DNA of 64,000 nucleotides from a candidate division TM6 bacterium UASB124 (GTDB lineage Bacteria; Babelota; Babeliae; Babelales; RVW-14): NCBI GenBank assembly GCA_945897315.1, contig CAMDFF010000002.1, positions 91,618 to 155,617 of the forward strand, read 5' to 3'. Shown piece by piece: positions 38,529 to 47,432 of this stretch (position 1 is its first letter; each line of letters starts with the position of its first letter). The notes under the pieces were generated by a model. It saw only the letters and a program-made list of their open reading frames with translations, ran no database searches and was not told where the DNA came from. The position numbers and the translations under genes were made by a program.

Positions 38529-40058
38529 TCAGTGATAGCAATCCTTGCGATGATTCAAAAGGCTGTCCTCAAAGAATCTCGTTGGGCCTGGGCCTTTTAT
38601 TGCACCATTGGCACGTAGTAATGTCGCGACTGCCCCTTGAGCATAATCAAGAGGGTTTTTACCACTCTTATTGGATGCATTAACATCCGCATGCTCTGCC
38701 AGAAGTAATTCAACTATCGCTATATGATTAGATTTTGCTGCTATGTGTAGTAGCGTGTTACCGGCATTATCTCGAGCTGTTTTGTCAGCCCCGTATCGAA
38801 GTAATAAATTTACCATCTCAAGATGTCCGCCTCCTATTGCTAACATTAGTGGTGTATTCTCAAATTGACCACGCGCATCTCGCACATCAGCCAATCTACC
38901 TATGTTCAGCGCATAGGTAAGAAGTTCAATGACTGACTCTTCTTTGTTATGGTATGCGGCAACATGAAGGGGAGTAAAGCCATGCGGTCCTGGATGTACT
39001 ATATTTCCAGCGGGGCCAACAATACCAAAGATACGATCAATCAATCCTGTATGTGACTGACTTTCTGCTTGTATATCTGCACCTCTGCGCAATAATATTC
39101 GTATGCCTTCTATGTGCCCACGATGTGCTGCAATATGGAGCAATGTCGTTTGGTGATCGTTGTATTGAGCATTCACATCTTTTACGCTCTGAATAATTGC
39201 AAAAACTTGTGCATCGTTGTGCGTTCTAATAGCATTGCGTAGTAAATCAACAGGCGATACAAGCCGAGCAAGTGCTGCAGGTAAGATACCTGGCTGAGCA
39301 CGGCATTTTGGGCACAGAAAACATACGCCCTCCTTGATCTTTAGAGATAACCATTTCGCAATACAGGTGCTATGAAATTCATGTCCACACGGTAGAGAAA
39401 TTATTGGGTCTTTGGGATCAATTGTTCCTGCTATGAAGCAGATAGGACACACATCAGCATCCTCGGCTACGGGAGTGCTGTGTGGGGCTGTAGCCGCAGC
39501 AGCTGTGGAAGAAGAGCCACCACTATGACTACGTGATGCAAGTGCTGGTTTAAGAGACATCATTTCGACAGGCGCTGCAACGCCATCACCTCTTCTGGCT
39601 TCAGGTCGATGCCAGGCAGTATATCCTCGTGGCTGCCGATACTGAGCCAAAATGTGCGTTATTGATTGTGTATAAGTACTATCGGGTGACAGTGCACCCA
39701 TTCCTAAGATTCGTTCGATGCTGTGGGCTAAACGATCTATAATTTTTATCTCAACGTCTGCTACGCCAGCAACAATAGTTGCTGTTGAATCGCGCAGTGC
39801 TTCTGCAGCATTAGTTAATGCTTTGCGTTGCTTTTCATCTAAGACAGAGCATGCCCCGCCGCCACTTGTTGCAGAGAGAGATGGGAAATGCTGTGCCAGC
39901 TTCTGTTGAGCGCGAGCACATATGTCATTGACGGTTATCGCCCGCATGACGTTGCGGCCACTGAGAGAAATACTACGTTCGGGTGTTGGAGCACTTCCCT
40001 GTAGATTGCCAATAAAGCTTATACAAAGAAAGATCGATAAAAACATACATTTTTCCAT
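38529..40058 (-). CDS. Secreted RING-H2 finger + ankyrin-repeat protein (eukaryote-like E3 ubiquitin ligase candidate)
   Basis: Signal peptide MEKCMFLSIFLCISFIGNLQG. RING-H2 pattern CPIC-x16-CGHEFHSTC-x13/16-C..CPKC. At least 4 ANK repeats (TLLHIAAHRGHIEGIRILLRRGADI, TPLHVAAYHNKEESVIELL, TPLMLAIGGGHLEMVNLLLRYGADK, NTLLHIAAKSNHIAIVELLLAEHADVN). RBS AAGAGG 6 nt upstream of the ATG. Confidence 0.8.
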   Translation of the reverse strand: MEKCMFLSIFLCISFIGNLQGSAPTPERSISLSGRNVMRAITVNDICARAQQKLAQHFPSLSATSGGGACSVLDEKQRKALTNAAEALRDSTATIVAGVADVEIKIIDRLAHSIERILGMGALSPDSTYTQSITHILAQYRQPRGYTAWHRPEARRGDGVAAPVEMMSLKPALASRSHSGGSSSTAAAATAPHSTPVAEDADVCPICFIAGTIDPKDPIISLPCGHEFHSTCIAKWLSLKIKEGVCFLCPKCRAQPGILPAALARLVSPVDLLRNAIRTHNDAQVFAIIQSVKDVNAQYNDHQTTLLHIAAHRGHIEGIRILLRRGADIQAESQSHTGLIDRIFGIVGPAGNIVHPGPHGFTPLHVAAYHNKEESVIELLTYALNIGRLADVRDARGQFENTPLMLAIGGGHLEMVNLLLRYGADKTARDNAGNTLLHIAAKSNHIAIVELLLAEHADVNASNKSGKNPLDYAQGAVATLLRANGAIKGPGPTRFFEDSLLNHRKDCYH

Positions 40059-40099
40059 GACAAACCTCTTAAGCCAAATATAATACTTATTTTAAAAAT

Positions 40100-40132
40100 A
40101 TATCTGTATTGTCTGATAGTCAATACAGATAT
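40100..40132. promoter_or_regulatory. Perfect 12-bp inverted repeat (ATATCTGTATTG-n9-CAATACAGATAT) 42 nt upstream of the RING-ANK start
   Basis: Read directly. On the minus strand it is followed by AUUUUUAAAAUAAG. It could be an operator overlapping the promoter, a leader terminator, or the recD2 terminator. Confidence 0.4.
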
Positions 40133-40182
40133 GAACGGGGTGACAAAAAATAGCAAATGGGTTAGTGTTACGACTGGTCTTG

Positions 40183-40254
40183 AAAAAATCGATTTTCACC
40201 CTCTGGACACAGCGATTCGATTTCCCCTTACAATGTTTAGATCTCGCTTTTCAG
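40183..40254 (-). promoter_or_regulatory. Conserved non-coding motif, copy B (upstream of the RING-ANK gene)
   Basis: See copy A. The shared core aaaaaatcg(t)atttt(a/c)accctctgg (plus strand) is followed by gatt(c/t)(a/c)ccc(t)taca and ctc(t)(t)cgct(c/t)t. The ORFs 38217..38426 and 40131..40349 are most likely artefacts of this element. Confidence 0.5.
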
Positions 40255-40326
40255 CTGCTCGATGGTATTTTACGACACACGTTGTGCGTGGGCGGCATAA
40301 TATTTTGCAGGAAGGGTGTGAAATAT

Positions 40327-42513
40327 TTATCGTGCAGCTAAATCAGTAGTTAAATATTGCTTTAAAAAAGTACGACGGTCGACGCCTTTATTGTTATTGA
40401 TACCCATCGCAATAGCTCGTGGCTGGCCGATAAGCACGCAATACTGCTTAGCCCGCGTGATTGCCGTGTAAATCAAATTACGCTGAAGAAGCACGAAGTG
40501 TTGCATAAAAATGGGGATAATAACAACGCGAAACTCTGACCCCTGACTTTTGTGGATCGAGATAGCGTATGAAAGAACGAGTTCGCTCAGTTCAGAAACA
40601 TCGTATTCTAGCTCGCGGTCGCCAAAAGAGACAAGCATGTTTTGGTCTACTTTGTTGATGGCAACAATAGTTCCCATGTCACCATTAAACACGAATTTAT
40701 CGTAATTATTTCTAATTTGCATGACGCGGTCTCGCACACGAAACGTGGTACTGAAATAGGTCATCTCGTGGTCGACATTGACCGAAGGGTTGAGAATCTG
40801 TTGCAGCTCTTGGTTGATTCGCTGGGTGCCGACAATTCCTTTATTCATAGGGACAAGTACGACAGCGTCGTCAGGTGATACACCAAGCTTGGGAAGTCGT
40901 TGCGTATAAAAAGTCTTGAGCAAGGGGAAGATATTTTCAGGGGTATCTTCTTTCACGAAAACAAAATCTTTTTTCTGTCCAGGGCCTGCTGACGTTGGGA
41001 ACTCGCCATGGTTAACTCTATGCGCATTGACAACGATCATGCTGTCTTCGGCTTGGCGGAAAATTTGCGTTAATCGAACCACAGAGACAACGCCGGAAGC
41101 GATTAAGTCATTAAGTACGTTGCCAGCTCCGACTGATGGCAGCTGGTCGACATCGCCTATCAGAACAAGCGAGGCTGTCCAGGGGAGTGCTTTGACGATG
41201 GCATTCATCAAAAATACATCGATCATGGAGGCTTCATCGATAACGAGGACATCGAGATCAAGAGCATTTTGCTCATTGTGCGCAAAGCCGCTTTGTCCTG
41301 GGGTATATCCAAGCAGTCGATGCAATGTTTCTGTAGGTTTGCCAGTACTTTCAAACATGCGTTTGGCGGCTCGTCCTGTTGGAGCGGCTAGTTTGAGTAT
41401 GGCGCCTTCTTGTTCTAATAGCTGAATAAGCTTTTTAACAAGTGTTGTTTTTCCTGTTCCTGGTCCACCCGTGATAATTGAAATTTTATTTTGGAAGCAT
41501 GACAGGATACCACGTTGTTGGTCTTCATTAAGAGAAATTGCTTGTCCCTCTTGCTCGCGTAGCTGCTCGTATAATTTATTATGATCTGATGCTTGGAGCT
41601 TATTAGGAAAGCCTTTGAGCCGTAGCAGTCGTTGTGCGATGCCGCGTTCAGCGTGATAAAACTGTGGGAGCGTAACGTAGTGCAGCCCTTCATCAGAGAT
41701 CAGTTTAATTTTATCAGCAATAAAAAGCTCATGCAGTGCTTGCTTAACCAGATCAAGGTACTCATCGCCCAGTTCAAGAAGCTCAACGGCCTGTTTTTTG
41801 AGGGCTTGTACCTCAACATATAAATGGCCACCATCGGTTGTTTGCGATATGCCATGCAAAACACCGGCTTTTACCCGTGGCATTGAGTGGCGCTCTAGGC
41901 CAATTTTCAAGGCAATTCCATCAGCAATTTTAAAGCCAATACCCCAAATATCATCAACCAGGCAGTAGGGATTGTCTTGCATTTTTGCGATGGCTGCATT
42001 GCCATATGCTTTATAAATTTTTGTGGCATACGCAGCAGAAACATCGTTGCCCCGCAAAAAAAGCATTACCTGAGCAATCTCTTTTTGCTCTTGCCAGGCG
42101 GTAACGATTGCTTCTAAGCGCTTTGCTCCAACGCCTTCAACGCGCAACAAACGATTGGGCTCTTTATCGATGACATCAAGCGTGTTTTCGCCAAAAGCAT
42201 TCACAAGCCGTTCGGCGAACGCAGGGCCTATCCCTTTGATAAGCCCTGACGCTAAATATTTTAAAACACCATCTCGCGATGTTGGCTGCTGAGCAACACA
42301 TTCAGTTGCTTCAAGCTGTTTACCAAATTTCGGATGCGTTCCCCAGGTTCCTTTTACAGTGACAAGTGAGCCCTGGTGTAATTGGCCGGTTATCCCTTTT
42401 ACGATGACGTTGTCGTGAGCATTTACTTTGAGTGAAAAAACGGTAAAACCGCTATCGCCACTTTTAAAAATGACACGATCAATCGTTCCGGTAAGCTCGG
42501 TCAATGGACCCAT
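40327..42513 (-). CDS. recD2: RecD2-type SF1B DNA helicase
   Basis: N-terminal GTIDRVIFKSGDSGFTVFSLKV, HhH region, ITGGPGTGKTT (Walker A), VLVIDEASMID, C-terminal ISIHKSQGSEF / AITRAK. Confidence 0.9.
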   Translation of the reverse strand: MGPLTELTGTIDRVIFKSGDSGFTVFSLKVNAHDNVIVKGITGQLHQGSLVTVKGTWGTHPKFGKQLEATECVAQQPTSRDGVLKYLASGLIKGIGPAFAERLVNAFGENTLDVIDKEPNRLLRVEGVGAKRLEAIVTAWQEQKEIAQVMLFLRGNDVSAAYATKIYKAYGNAAIAKMQDNPYCLVDDIWGIGFKIADGIALKIGLERHSMPRVKAGVLHGISQTTDGGHLYVEVQALKKQAVELLELGDEYLDLVKQALHELFIADKIKLISDEGLHYVTLPQFYHAERGIAQRLLRLKGFPNKLQASDHNKLYEQLREQEGQAISLNEDQQRGILSCFQNKISIITGGPGTGKTTLVKKLIQLLEQEGAILKLAAPTGRAAKRMFESTGKPTETLHRLLGYTPGQSGFAHNEQNALDLDVLVIDEASMIDVFLMNAIVKALPWTASLVLIGDVDQLPSVGAGNVLNDLIASGVVSVVRLTQIFRQAEDSMIVVNAHRVNHGEFPTSAGPGQKKDFVFVKEDTPENIFPLLKTFYTQRLPKLGVSPDDAVVLVPMNKGIVGTQRINQELQQILNPSVNVDHEMTYFSTTFRVRDRVMQIRNNYDKFVFNGDMGTIVAINKVDQNMLVSFGDRELEYDVSELSELVLSYAISIHKSQGSEFRVVIIPIFMQHFVLLQRNLIYTAITRAKQYCVLIGQPRAIAMGINNNKGVDRRTFLKQYLTTDLAAR

Positions 42514-42521
42514 TATTCCTA

Positions 42522-43097
42522 CTATCGAGATGCTTGTTGGTTGTGTGATTGTGCAATAAGACGTTTCATCTCATCAGCAACAGCTTTTTGTACTTCAGGG
42601 GCCAGGCTGCGATGAAGATCTTGGGAGAATTTATTGAATTCATGGCAAAATTGATTGAGATCTTTTTTTGACTTGATACGAGCTCTAAAGAAAAGCAGCG
42701 GTGAAGATTTTTGCTTGCTCATAGCGCCCAAAATACTGTTTGCATGCCCATCAGTACCAAAGCTTTCGATAATCAATGGCTCTATAAAGCTGCCTGCATC
42801 ACCGTCAAGCATTGTGAGGAAAAATTCACCTGGCTTTAATACCAACTCAAGGCGTGAGGCAATATCAGTATCAAGTATTTTAGGTAACTCATGGATTGTT
42901 CGCCTAGCAACAGCAGCCGCTTTATTGATTGAAATCATAATGCGTGGATTAGCGCCAAAAAAGCTATTAATCAGCTTCATGTTGTCGTGTGCGAGTACTT
43001 GCGCAGCAGGCTGTGCTGTTACAGCTTCTTTAGCATTGAGTGATAGGCAGCATACGGTGCTGAGGCATACAAGTGCCAGCTGTTTACAAGTGATCAT
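42522..43097 (-). CDS. Hypothetical secreted protein
   Basis: ATG 43097 is preceded by AAGGAGA and gives the signal peptide MITCKQLALVCLSTVCCLSLNA. No recognisable domain. Co-oriented with the OMP-like gene upstream. Confidence 0.5.
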   Translation of the reverse strand: MITCKQLALVCLSTVCCLSLNAKEAVTAQPAAQVLAHDNMKLINSFFGANPRIMISINKAAAVARRTIHELPKILDTDIASRLELVLKPGEFFLTMLDGDAGSFIEPLIIESFGTDGHANSILGAMSKQKSSPLLFFRARIKSKKDLNQFCHEFNKFSQDLHRSLAPEVQKAVADEMKRLIAQSHNQQASR

Positions 43098-43141
43098 AAT
43101 AAATCTCCTTATTATAAAATTCATGATTAATTAAGCTTTTT

Positions 43142-44671
43142 CTAAAATGAGGCGGCAAATTTCAAGTAGACTGTCCAGTCTTCGCCAATGCGCTTACTGG
43201 AAACGGTCATGTCACTGCCAAAGCCAACCCCAAGGTCATTACGTTTTGTTTTTAGACGATATTGTGTTTCCGAGAATACTTTATGTTGGTAGGCGTAAAC
43301 GCTCTCTTTTTCTCTATCTGACGTGAGCTCATCGTCGACGCGCAGTGTGTTTATATCAATACTTGTATTGTGAATATGACGAATAAGTGTTTGGCGTTGT
43401 GCATAAAAATCATAGCCCCAGGTACTACGCCAACGTTTGTTCCAATCGACGGTTAAGGCGGTAACGAGATTTGTTACATCGCCAGGCTGTACCGTGACTT
43501 TAAATGATGAAGGTAGTATGTACTGTCGAATGTAGTTTGTCACTTTTTGGTTATTGGAAGCTATATCAGCGGGGTCAAACGCTTGCTGCATTCCTGCCAT
43601 GTCAGAGGGTTGCAGTGTTTTTTTAAACATATACAGGCGCTCTTCTTCATTTGCTAAATAAAGATCATATGATGCACCTATCCACAATTGCATAAAGTCA
43701 TGGAAAAGACCAATTTTTTGCTCTGCGTAACAGCCGACACCAAAATGCCCATTATTGCCCAGGCGAGGATTAAGTAGATAATCACGTACAGCTTTAAGAG
43801 AACGAATAGCCTCATTTTTAAGGCCATCTTGATTTGAAGCCTCATTTAGCACTATTTGCACTAAGCCCAAATTGACTTTTTCAGATTGTGTTAATCGACT
43901 GGTTGGTAAAATAAAACTAAACCCAAGGTCATTTTGAAAACTCGTCATATTAAGGGTGTTTAAGCCAAATTTAACGCGTGTATCACCAAGACCGGCTGCA
44001 ATTTTATAGAGCTCTTTATGATCGCTTTCGCTGTCATCAGGGAATAGCTCTTTGATGACAGCTTGGTCATATGTACTGAGCCAAAAATTGCGCTCACCAA
44101 GTTGCAAAGATGTGGCTGCTTGAAGCGTAAATGGTCCCTTTACAAAACCACCTTGAAACATAACGCCAGCCTTGCGCTCTTGTATCGTAATTTTTTGAAA
44201 TAGCGGAATAAACTGTTCAAATACTTCAGGACTGGAGCCATCAGGAATCATGCTAGTGATAAGATTTTTTAAGTCTGCTGTCTTTATATCCGAGAGTGTA
44301 AGCATGTCGTCAACCGTCATTTTCATACGGTTAGTCATATTGAAGAAAAATTTTGCGGATATGCCACCATACTCAATAGCAGTTATTTTTTGTGGAAGCA
44401 GGTACAAAATATCCCGTCCTACGGGTGCCGTTGTGTTTTTCCATAACGGGTTTTTGATGTGTTGTAAAACGGTAGTTGCAATGGTGTCTGCCGGGATGCG
44501 TAATGTCATCTCACTTGGATCTAAGTCGGGAATCTCATCGCCAAAATCATTGGCCATGTCATTGGTATCATAAGAATCAAAGTTAGAATTATCGTAGTCT
44601 GTCGCTGCTTGGAGTGATATTACAGCGGAAAAAACAAAACACGAAAATAAGCGCAAAGTAAGAAGTCTCAT
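43142..44671 (-). CDS. Putative outer-membrane beta-barrel protein
   Basis: ATG 44671 gives the signal peptide MRLLTLRLFSCFVFSAVISLQA. The protein ends ...VYLKFAASF (aromatic C-terminal residue typical of OMPs) and shows alternating amphipathic stretches. The ORF-track extension to 44896 lacks signal-peptide logic. Confidence 0.5.
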   Translation of the reverse strand: MRLLTLRLFSCFVFSAVISLQAATDYDNSNFDSYDTNDMANDFGDEIPDLDPSEMTLRIPADTIATTVLQHIKNPLWKNTTAPVGRDILYLLPQKITAIEYGGISAKFFFNMTNRMKMTVDDMLTLSDIKTADLKNLITSMIPDGSSPEVFEQFIPLFQKITIQERKAGVMFQGGFVKGPFTLQAATSLQLGERNFWLSTYDQAVIKELFPDDSESDHKELYKIAAGLGDTRVKFGLNTLNMTSFQNDLGFSFILPTSRLTQSEKVNLGLVQIVLNEASNQDGLKNEAIRSLKAVRDYLLNPRLGNNGHFGVGCYAEQKIGLFHDFMQLWIGASYDLYLANEEERLYMFKKTLQPSDMAGMQQAFDPADIASNNQKVTNYIRQYILPSSFKVTVQPGDVTNLVTALTVDWNKRWRSTWGYDFYAQRQTLIRHIHNTSIDINTLRVDDELTSDREKESVYAYQHKVFSETQYRLKTKRNDLGVGFGSDMTVSSKRIGEDWTVYLKFAASF

Positions 44672-44953
44672 AAATATTTTAGTCCTCGTAAAGGCATTGC
44701 CGGGGCAGCTTTTTAGTATTATTAAGCTCAAAAAAGCTTTATTACTTGCTGAAACAAAAAAGGTTGCAGTAAGAATACGACAAGAAAACATAAAATAAAC
44801 AGCCACTTCTGTCAAATTTGCTTTTCTTCCAGCACTCTTTTGGAGTTTTTTGCAACAATTGTAGAATGCGTGTTTGTCAAGCCTACAATTAACCATAAAC
44901 GCATGTTACACTGCAATTAGTAGGCACTAGGATAAAATTCAAATAATAAATAC

Positions 44954-45688
44954 ATGATTGTCAGCATGCAAACAAAAAAATTAATAGTATTAGAAGGAAA
45001 TATTGGCGCAGGTAAATCAACGCTCTTGAGGCTGATTCAGCAACATTTACCCGTGAGCATTATTGCAGAGCCAACAGATAAATGGCAAAAAGTTGCACAG
45101 GATGAAAACTTGCTCGATCTTTTTTATAAAGATACTCCTCGCTGGGCATATACGTTTCAGTCCTATGCATTTTTAACGCGCATCCAAAGTATTATGGAGC
45201 ACATGGCAGAACATCGTGAGCATAATACTTTTATCCTAGAGCGCTCTGTATATTGTGATCGTTTTTGTTTTGCTAAGAATTGCTTTGAAGCCGGCTTCAT
45301 GAGTCCGCTAGAATGGAACATCTATAAAGATTGGTTTGCATGGCTGGTAGAAAGCAATCATGCCCCTCGTCCCGATGGGTTTATTTATTTGAGAGTAGAA
45401 CCAGAAATTGCCTATGAGCGGATTCAAAAGCGTAATCGGTCTGAAGAATCAGGTATATCGCAGGCATATCTTACATCATTGCATAATAAGCATGATGATT
45501 GGTTGATTCATCAAAAAGAGCCTTGCGCTAGCTTGAAGCAGATTCCGATTTTAAGTCTTAACTGCAATGAAGAATTTGAACAGAATGCAGAAAAACAGCA
45601 AGATCATCTTGCGCAGATCGCCAATTTTATACAACAAATGGATAACCAGCGGCAGGCGTCAAGCGCCTCGTGCACGGTTCAAGTCTGA
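44954..45688 (+). CDS. Deoxynucleoside kinase (dAK/dCK/dGK family)
   Basis: P-loop LEGNIGAGKSTLL, ERS motif (ILERSVYCDRF), and lid RIQKRNRSEE. Confidence 0.85.
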   Translation: MIVSMQTKKLIVLEGNIGAGKSTLLRLIQQHLPVSIIAEPTDKWQKVAQDENLLDLFYKDTPRWAYTFQSYAFLTRIQSIMEHMAEHREHNTFILERSVYCDRFCFAKNCFEAGFMSPLEWNIYKDWFAWLVESNHAPRPDGFIYLRVEPEIAYERIQKRNRSEESGISQAYLTSLHNKHDDWLIHQKEPCASLKQIPILSLNCNEEFEQNAEKQQDHLAQIANFIQQMDNQRQASSASCTVQV

Positions 45689-45767
45689 TAACAAATGCAG
45701 AATATATTTATTTTGCACACAAAAAGTCTATACTACTGAAAATGAAGCTAATTGAGGAGTATTTTAC

Positions 45768-46007
45768 ATGGCTGAACTAGAATTTGCTCGTGTTGCAGCG
45801 TATATTGCTGCAGGTGTGTGTATGGGTCTTGGAACATTAGGTCCTGCATTAGGTCTTGGATTTATTGGAGGCAAGGCTTGCGAAAGCGTCGGCAAGCGTC
45901 CTGAAAGTGCTGGAGCTATCATGAAAGTAATGATGATGCCGCTCTTTTTTGCTGAAGCTGTGGCTGTGTATGCTCTTCTGATATCCATAATTCTCGTGCT
46001 AAGATAA
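45768..46007 (+). CDS. atpE: F-ATPase subunit c
   Basis: 79-aa hairpin with a GxGxGxG-like GLGTLGPALGLGFIGG, loop KRPE, and carboxylate FFAEAVAVYAL. RBS GAGGAG. Confidence 0.9.
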   Translation: MAELEFARVAAYIAAGVCMGLGTLGPALGLGFIGGKACESVGKRPESAGAIMKVMMMPLFFAEAVAVYALLISIILVLR

Positions 46008-46026
46008 ACTAGCAGGGTGCTGTGTT

Positions 46027-46380
46027 ATGCAAATTAATGTAACGTTCATCCTTCAAATTATTAATTTTGCTATTTCGTACGCTGTATTGAGTAGATTTTT
46101 ACTACAGCCGTTTATGCAGCGTATTTATCAAAAACGAACAGCCCGTGCAACTCTTAGTGCTATTCTTGACAATAAAGATGACCAAAAGCAGCAATTGATA
46201 ACCAGCAAAGAAGAGAGGCTCGTCACCTTCCGTGAACAGATTCAAGCAACGTACCAAAAGCCAACTGTTACACTGATAGAGCCCCCACTATTTGAAGAAA
46301 GGCAGCTTGATGAGGCTTCTGTGCAAGCAATGATAAACAGTGCTACTGCTTTCGTTGTTGAAAAGGTGCCCCATGTTTAA
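46027..46380 (+). CDS. F-ATPase subunit b'-like (short)
   Basis: N-terminal TM VTFILQIINFAISYAVLSRFLLQPF followed by a charged helix. Position is between atpE and atpF. Confidence 0.6.
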   Translation: MQINVTFILQIINFAISYAVLSRFLLQPFMQRIYQKRTARATLSAILDNKDDQKQQLITSKEERLVTFREQIQATYQKPTVTLIEPPLFEERQLDEASVQAMINSATAFVVEKVPHV

Positions 46381-46882
46381 TGATACAGCCTTATCGCTTG
46401 TTTTATTTCGATGGGCGATTTTTAGTCTTCTGGTATATAAATGTTATCAGATTACTCAGCAGTATATTTTGCCCTGGCTTCAAAAAGATATTAAACAGGA
46501 GCAAGACGAGCTAGCGGCGCTGATCAATAAAGACAAATTTGCTATGGTCCTTAAACAAAAAATTGAAAATCAAATTTATGAGCAAGGGCAGTTGCTCCTT
46601 CTGCTTGAGCAGAATGTGCTCCGTTGGCATCGGTCCTTACTATACGAAAAAGAATGTATTGAAAAGGCGCAAGCAGAGCTTGTAGTGGCGCAGAAAAATA
46701 AGCATGATCGACAACAGCAGCATCTTTTTTTAACTCACAGTATAACTGCAGTGCTACCTGTTTCACTTGCAAAGGCAGAAGAAACACTTTTGCATCAGTA
46801 TGGAAACAAGGAAAAGCATGCACATTTTGATTCCATAATAGCAGGTCTTGCATTAGTAAAAAAAACGGGGCATACGTTATGA
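46373..46882 (+). CDS. atpF: F-ATPase subunit b
   Basis: One N-terminal TM (WAIFSLLVYKCY) followed by a long charged helix. ATG 46373 overlaps the upstream stop. Confidence 0.6.
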   Translation: MFNDTALSLVLFRWAIFSLLVYKCYQITQQYILPWLQKDIKQEQDELAALINKDKFAMVLKQKIENQIYEQGQLLLLLEQNVLRWHRSLLYEKECIEKAQAELVVAQKNKHDRQQQHLFLTHSITAVLPVSLAKAEETLLHQYGNKEKHAHFDSIIAGLALVKKTGHTL

Positions 46883-47430
46883 ATGCCCTTCGTGAAACGC
46901 TTGCAAAGCGTTATGCAAAAACGTTGTATAAAATTAATAAATATAGCGTCCCCCCGGAATTGATTGAACAGCTGCGTGTGTTAGCTGTTTTTTTTTCTGA
47001 CCATAAAGCACAGTTGCTAACGTTGTGTTCAGGTAATATTGCCAAGCAGCAAGCACAGGATTTTGCGCATACAATTATTAAAAAATGCGGAGTAGCTGAA
47101 AGCCTACAGCCACTCATGGCTAATCTGATTCAAGAGCATCGGACGCAGCTGTTTGAGCCCATTGCGCAGCAGTTGGAAGAAATACATGCTCGTAGTATAA
47201 ATTGTCTGACGTGTAATGTTTATACGTCTCATCCTTTACAAGATGAGCAAAAAAACACTATCATGCATTTCATCAAACAAGAAATTAAAGCTACAACAGT
47301 AGTGGTAACCTTTTTTGAAAAACGAGAGCTTATTAGCGGTATTCGCATTGTCTGTGATGGATTAATGTGGGAACGCTCTGTCAAAAAAACCTTGTTGCTC
47401 GTTAAGCAACGTTTGCTTCAGCAGGTATAA
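46879..47430 (+). CDS. atpH: F-ATPase delta (OSCP) subunit
   Basis: LAKRYAKTLYK start and 183-aa length, positioned between b and alpha. ATGA overlap with atpF. Confidence 0.7.
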   Translation: MNALRETLAKRYAKTLYKINKYSVPPELIEQLRVLAVFFSDHKAQLLTLCSGNIAKQQAQDFAHTIIKKCGVAESLQPLMANLIQEHRTQLFEPIAQQLEEIHARSINCLTCNVYTSHPLQDEQKNTIMHFIKQEIKATTVVVTFFEKRELISGIRIVCDGLMWERSVKKTLLLVKQRLLQQV

Positions 47431-47432
47431 CC

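Noticed and set aside
38529-38546. C-terminus ...RKDCYH of the RING-ANK protein as a possible CaaX box
   Set aside because: The Cys is at position -3, not -4, so it does not fit the C-a-a-X register.
44672-44896. 75-codon N-terminal extension of the OMP-like ORF. Similar extensions occur at 48796..48948, 17677..17784, 8017..8115, 21488..21565, 43098..43124 and 57897..57911
   Set aside because: The extensions start at TTG or lack an RBS. They would bury a signal peptide, a lipobox or the catalytic Cys2 of AsnB, or they overlap the upstream gene. Internal ATG codons with AGGAG-like sites were preferred.
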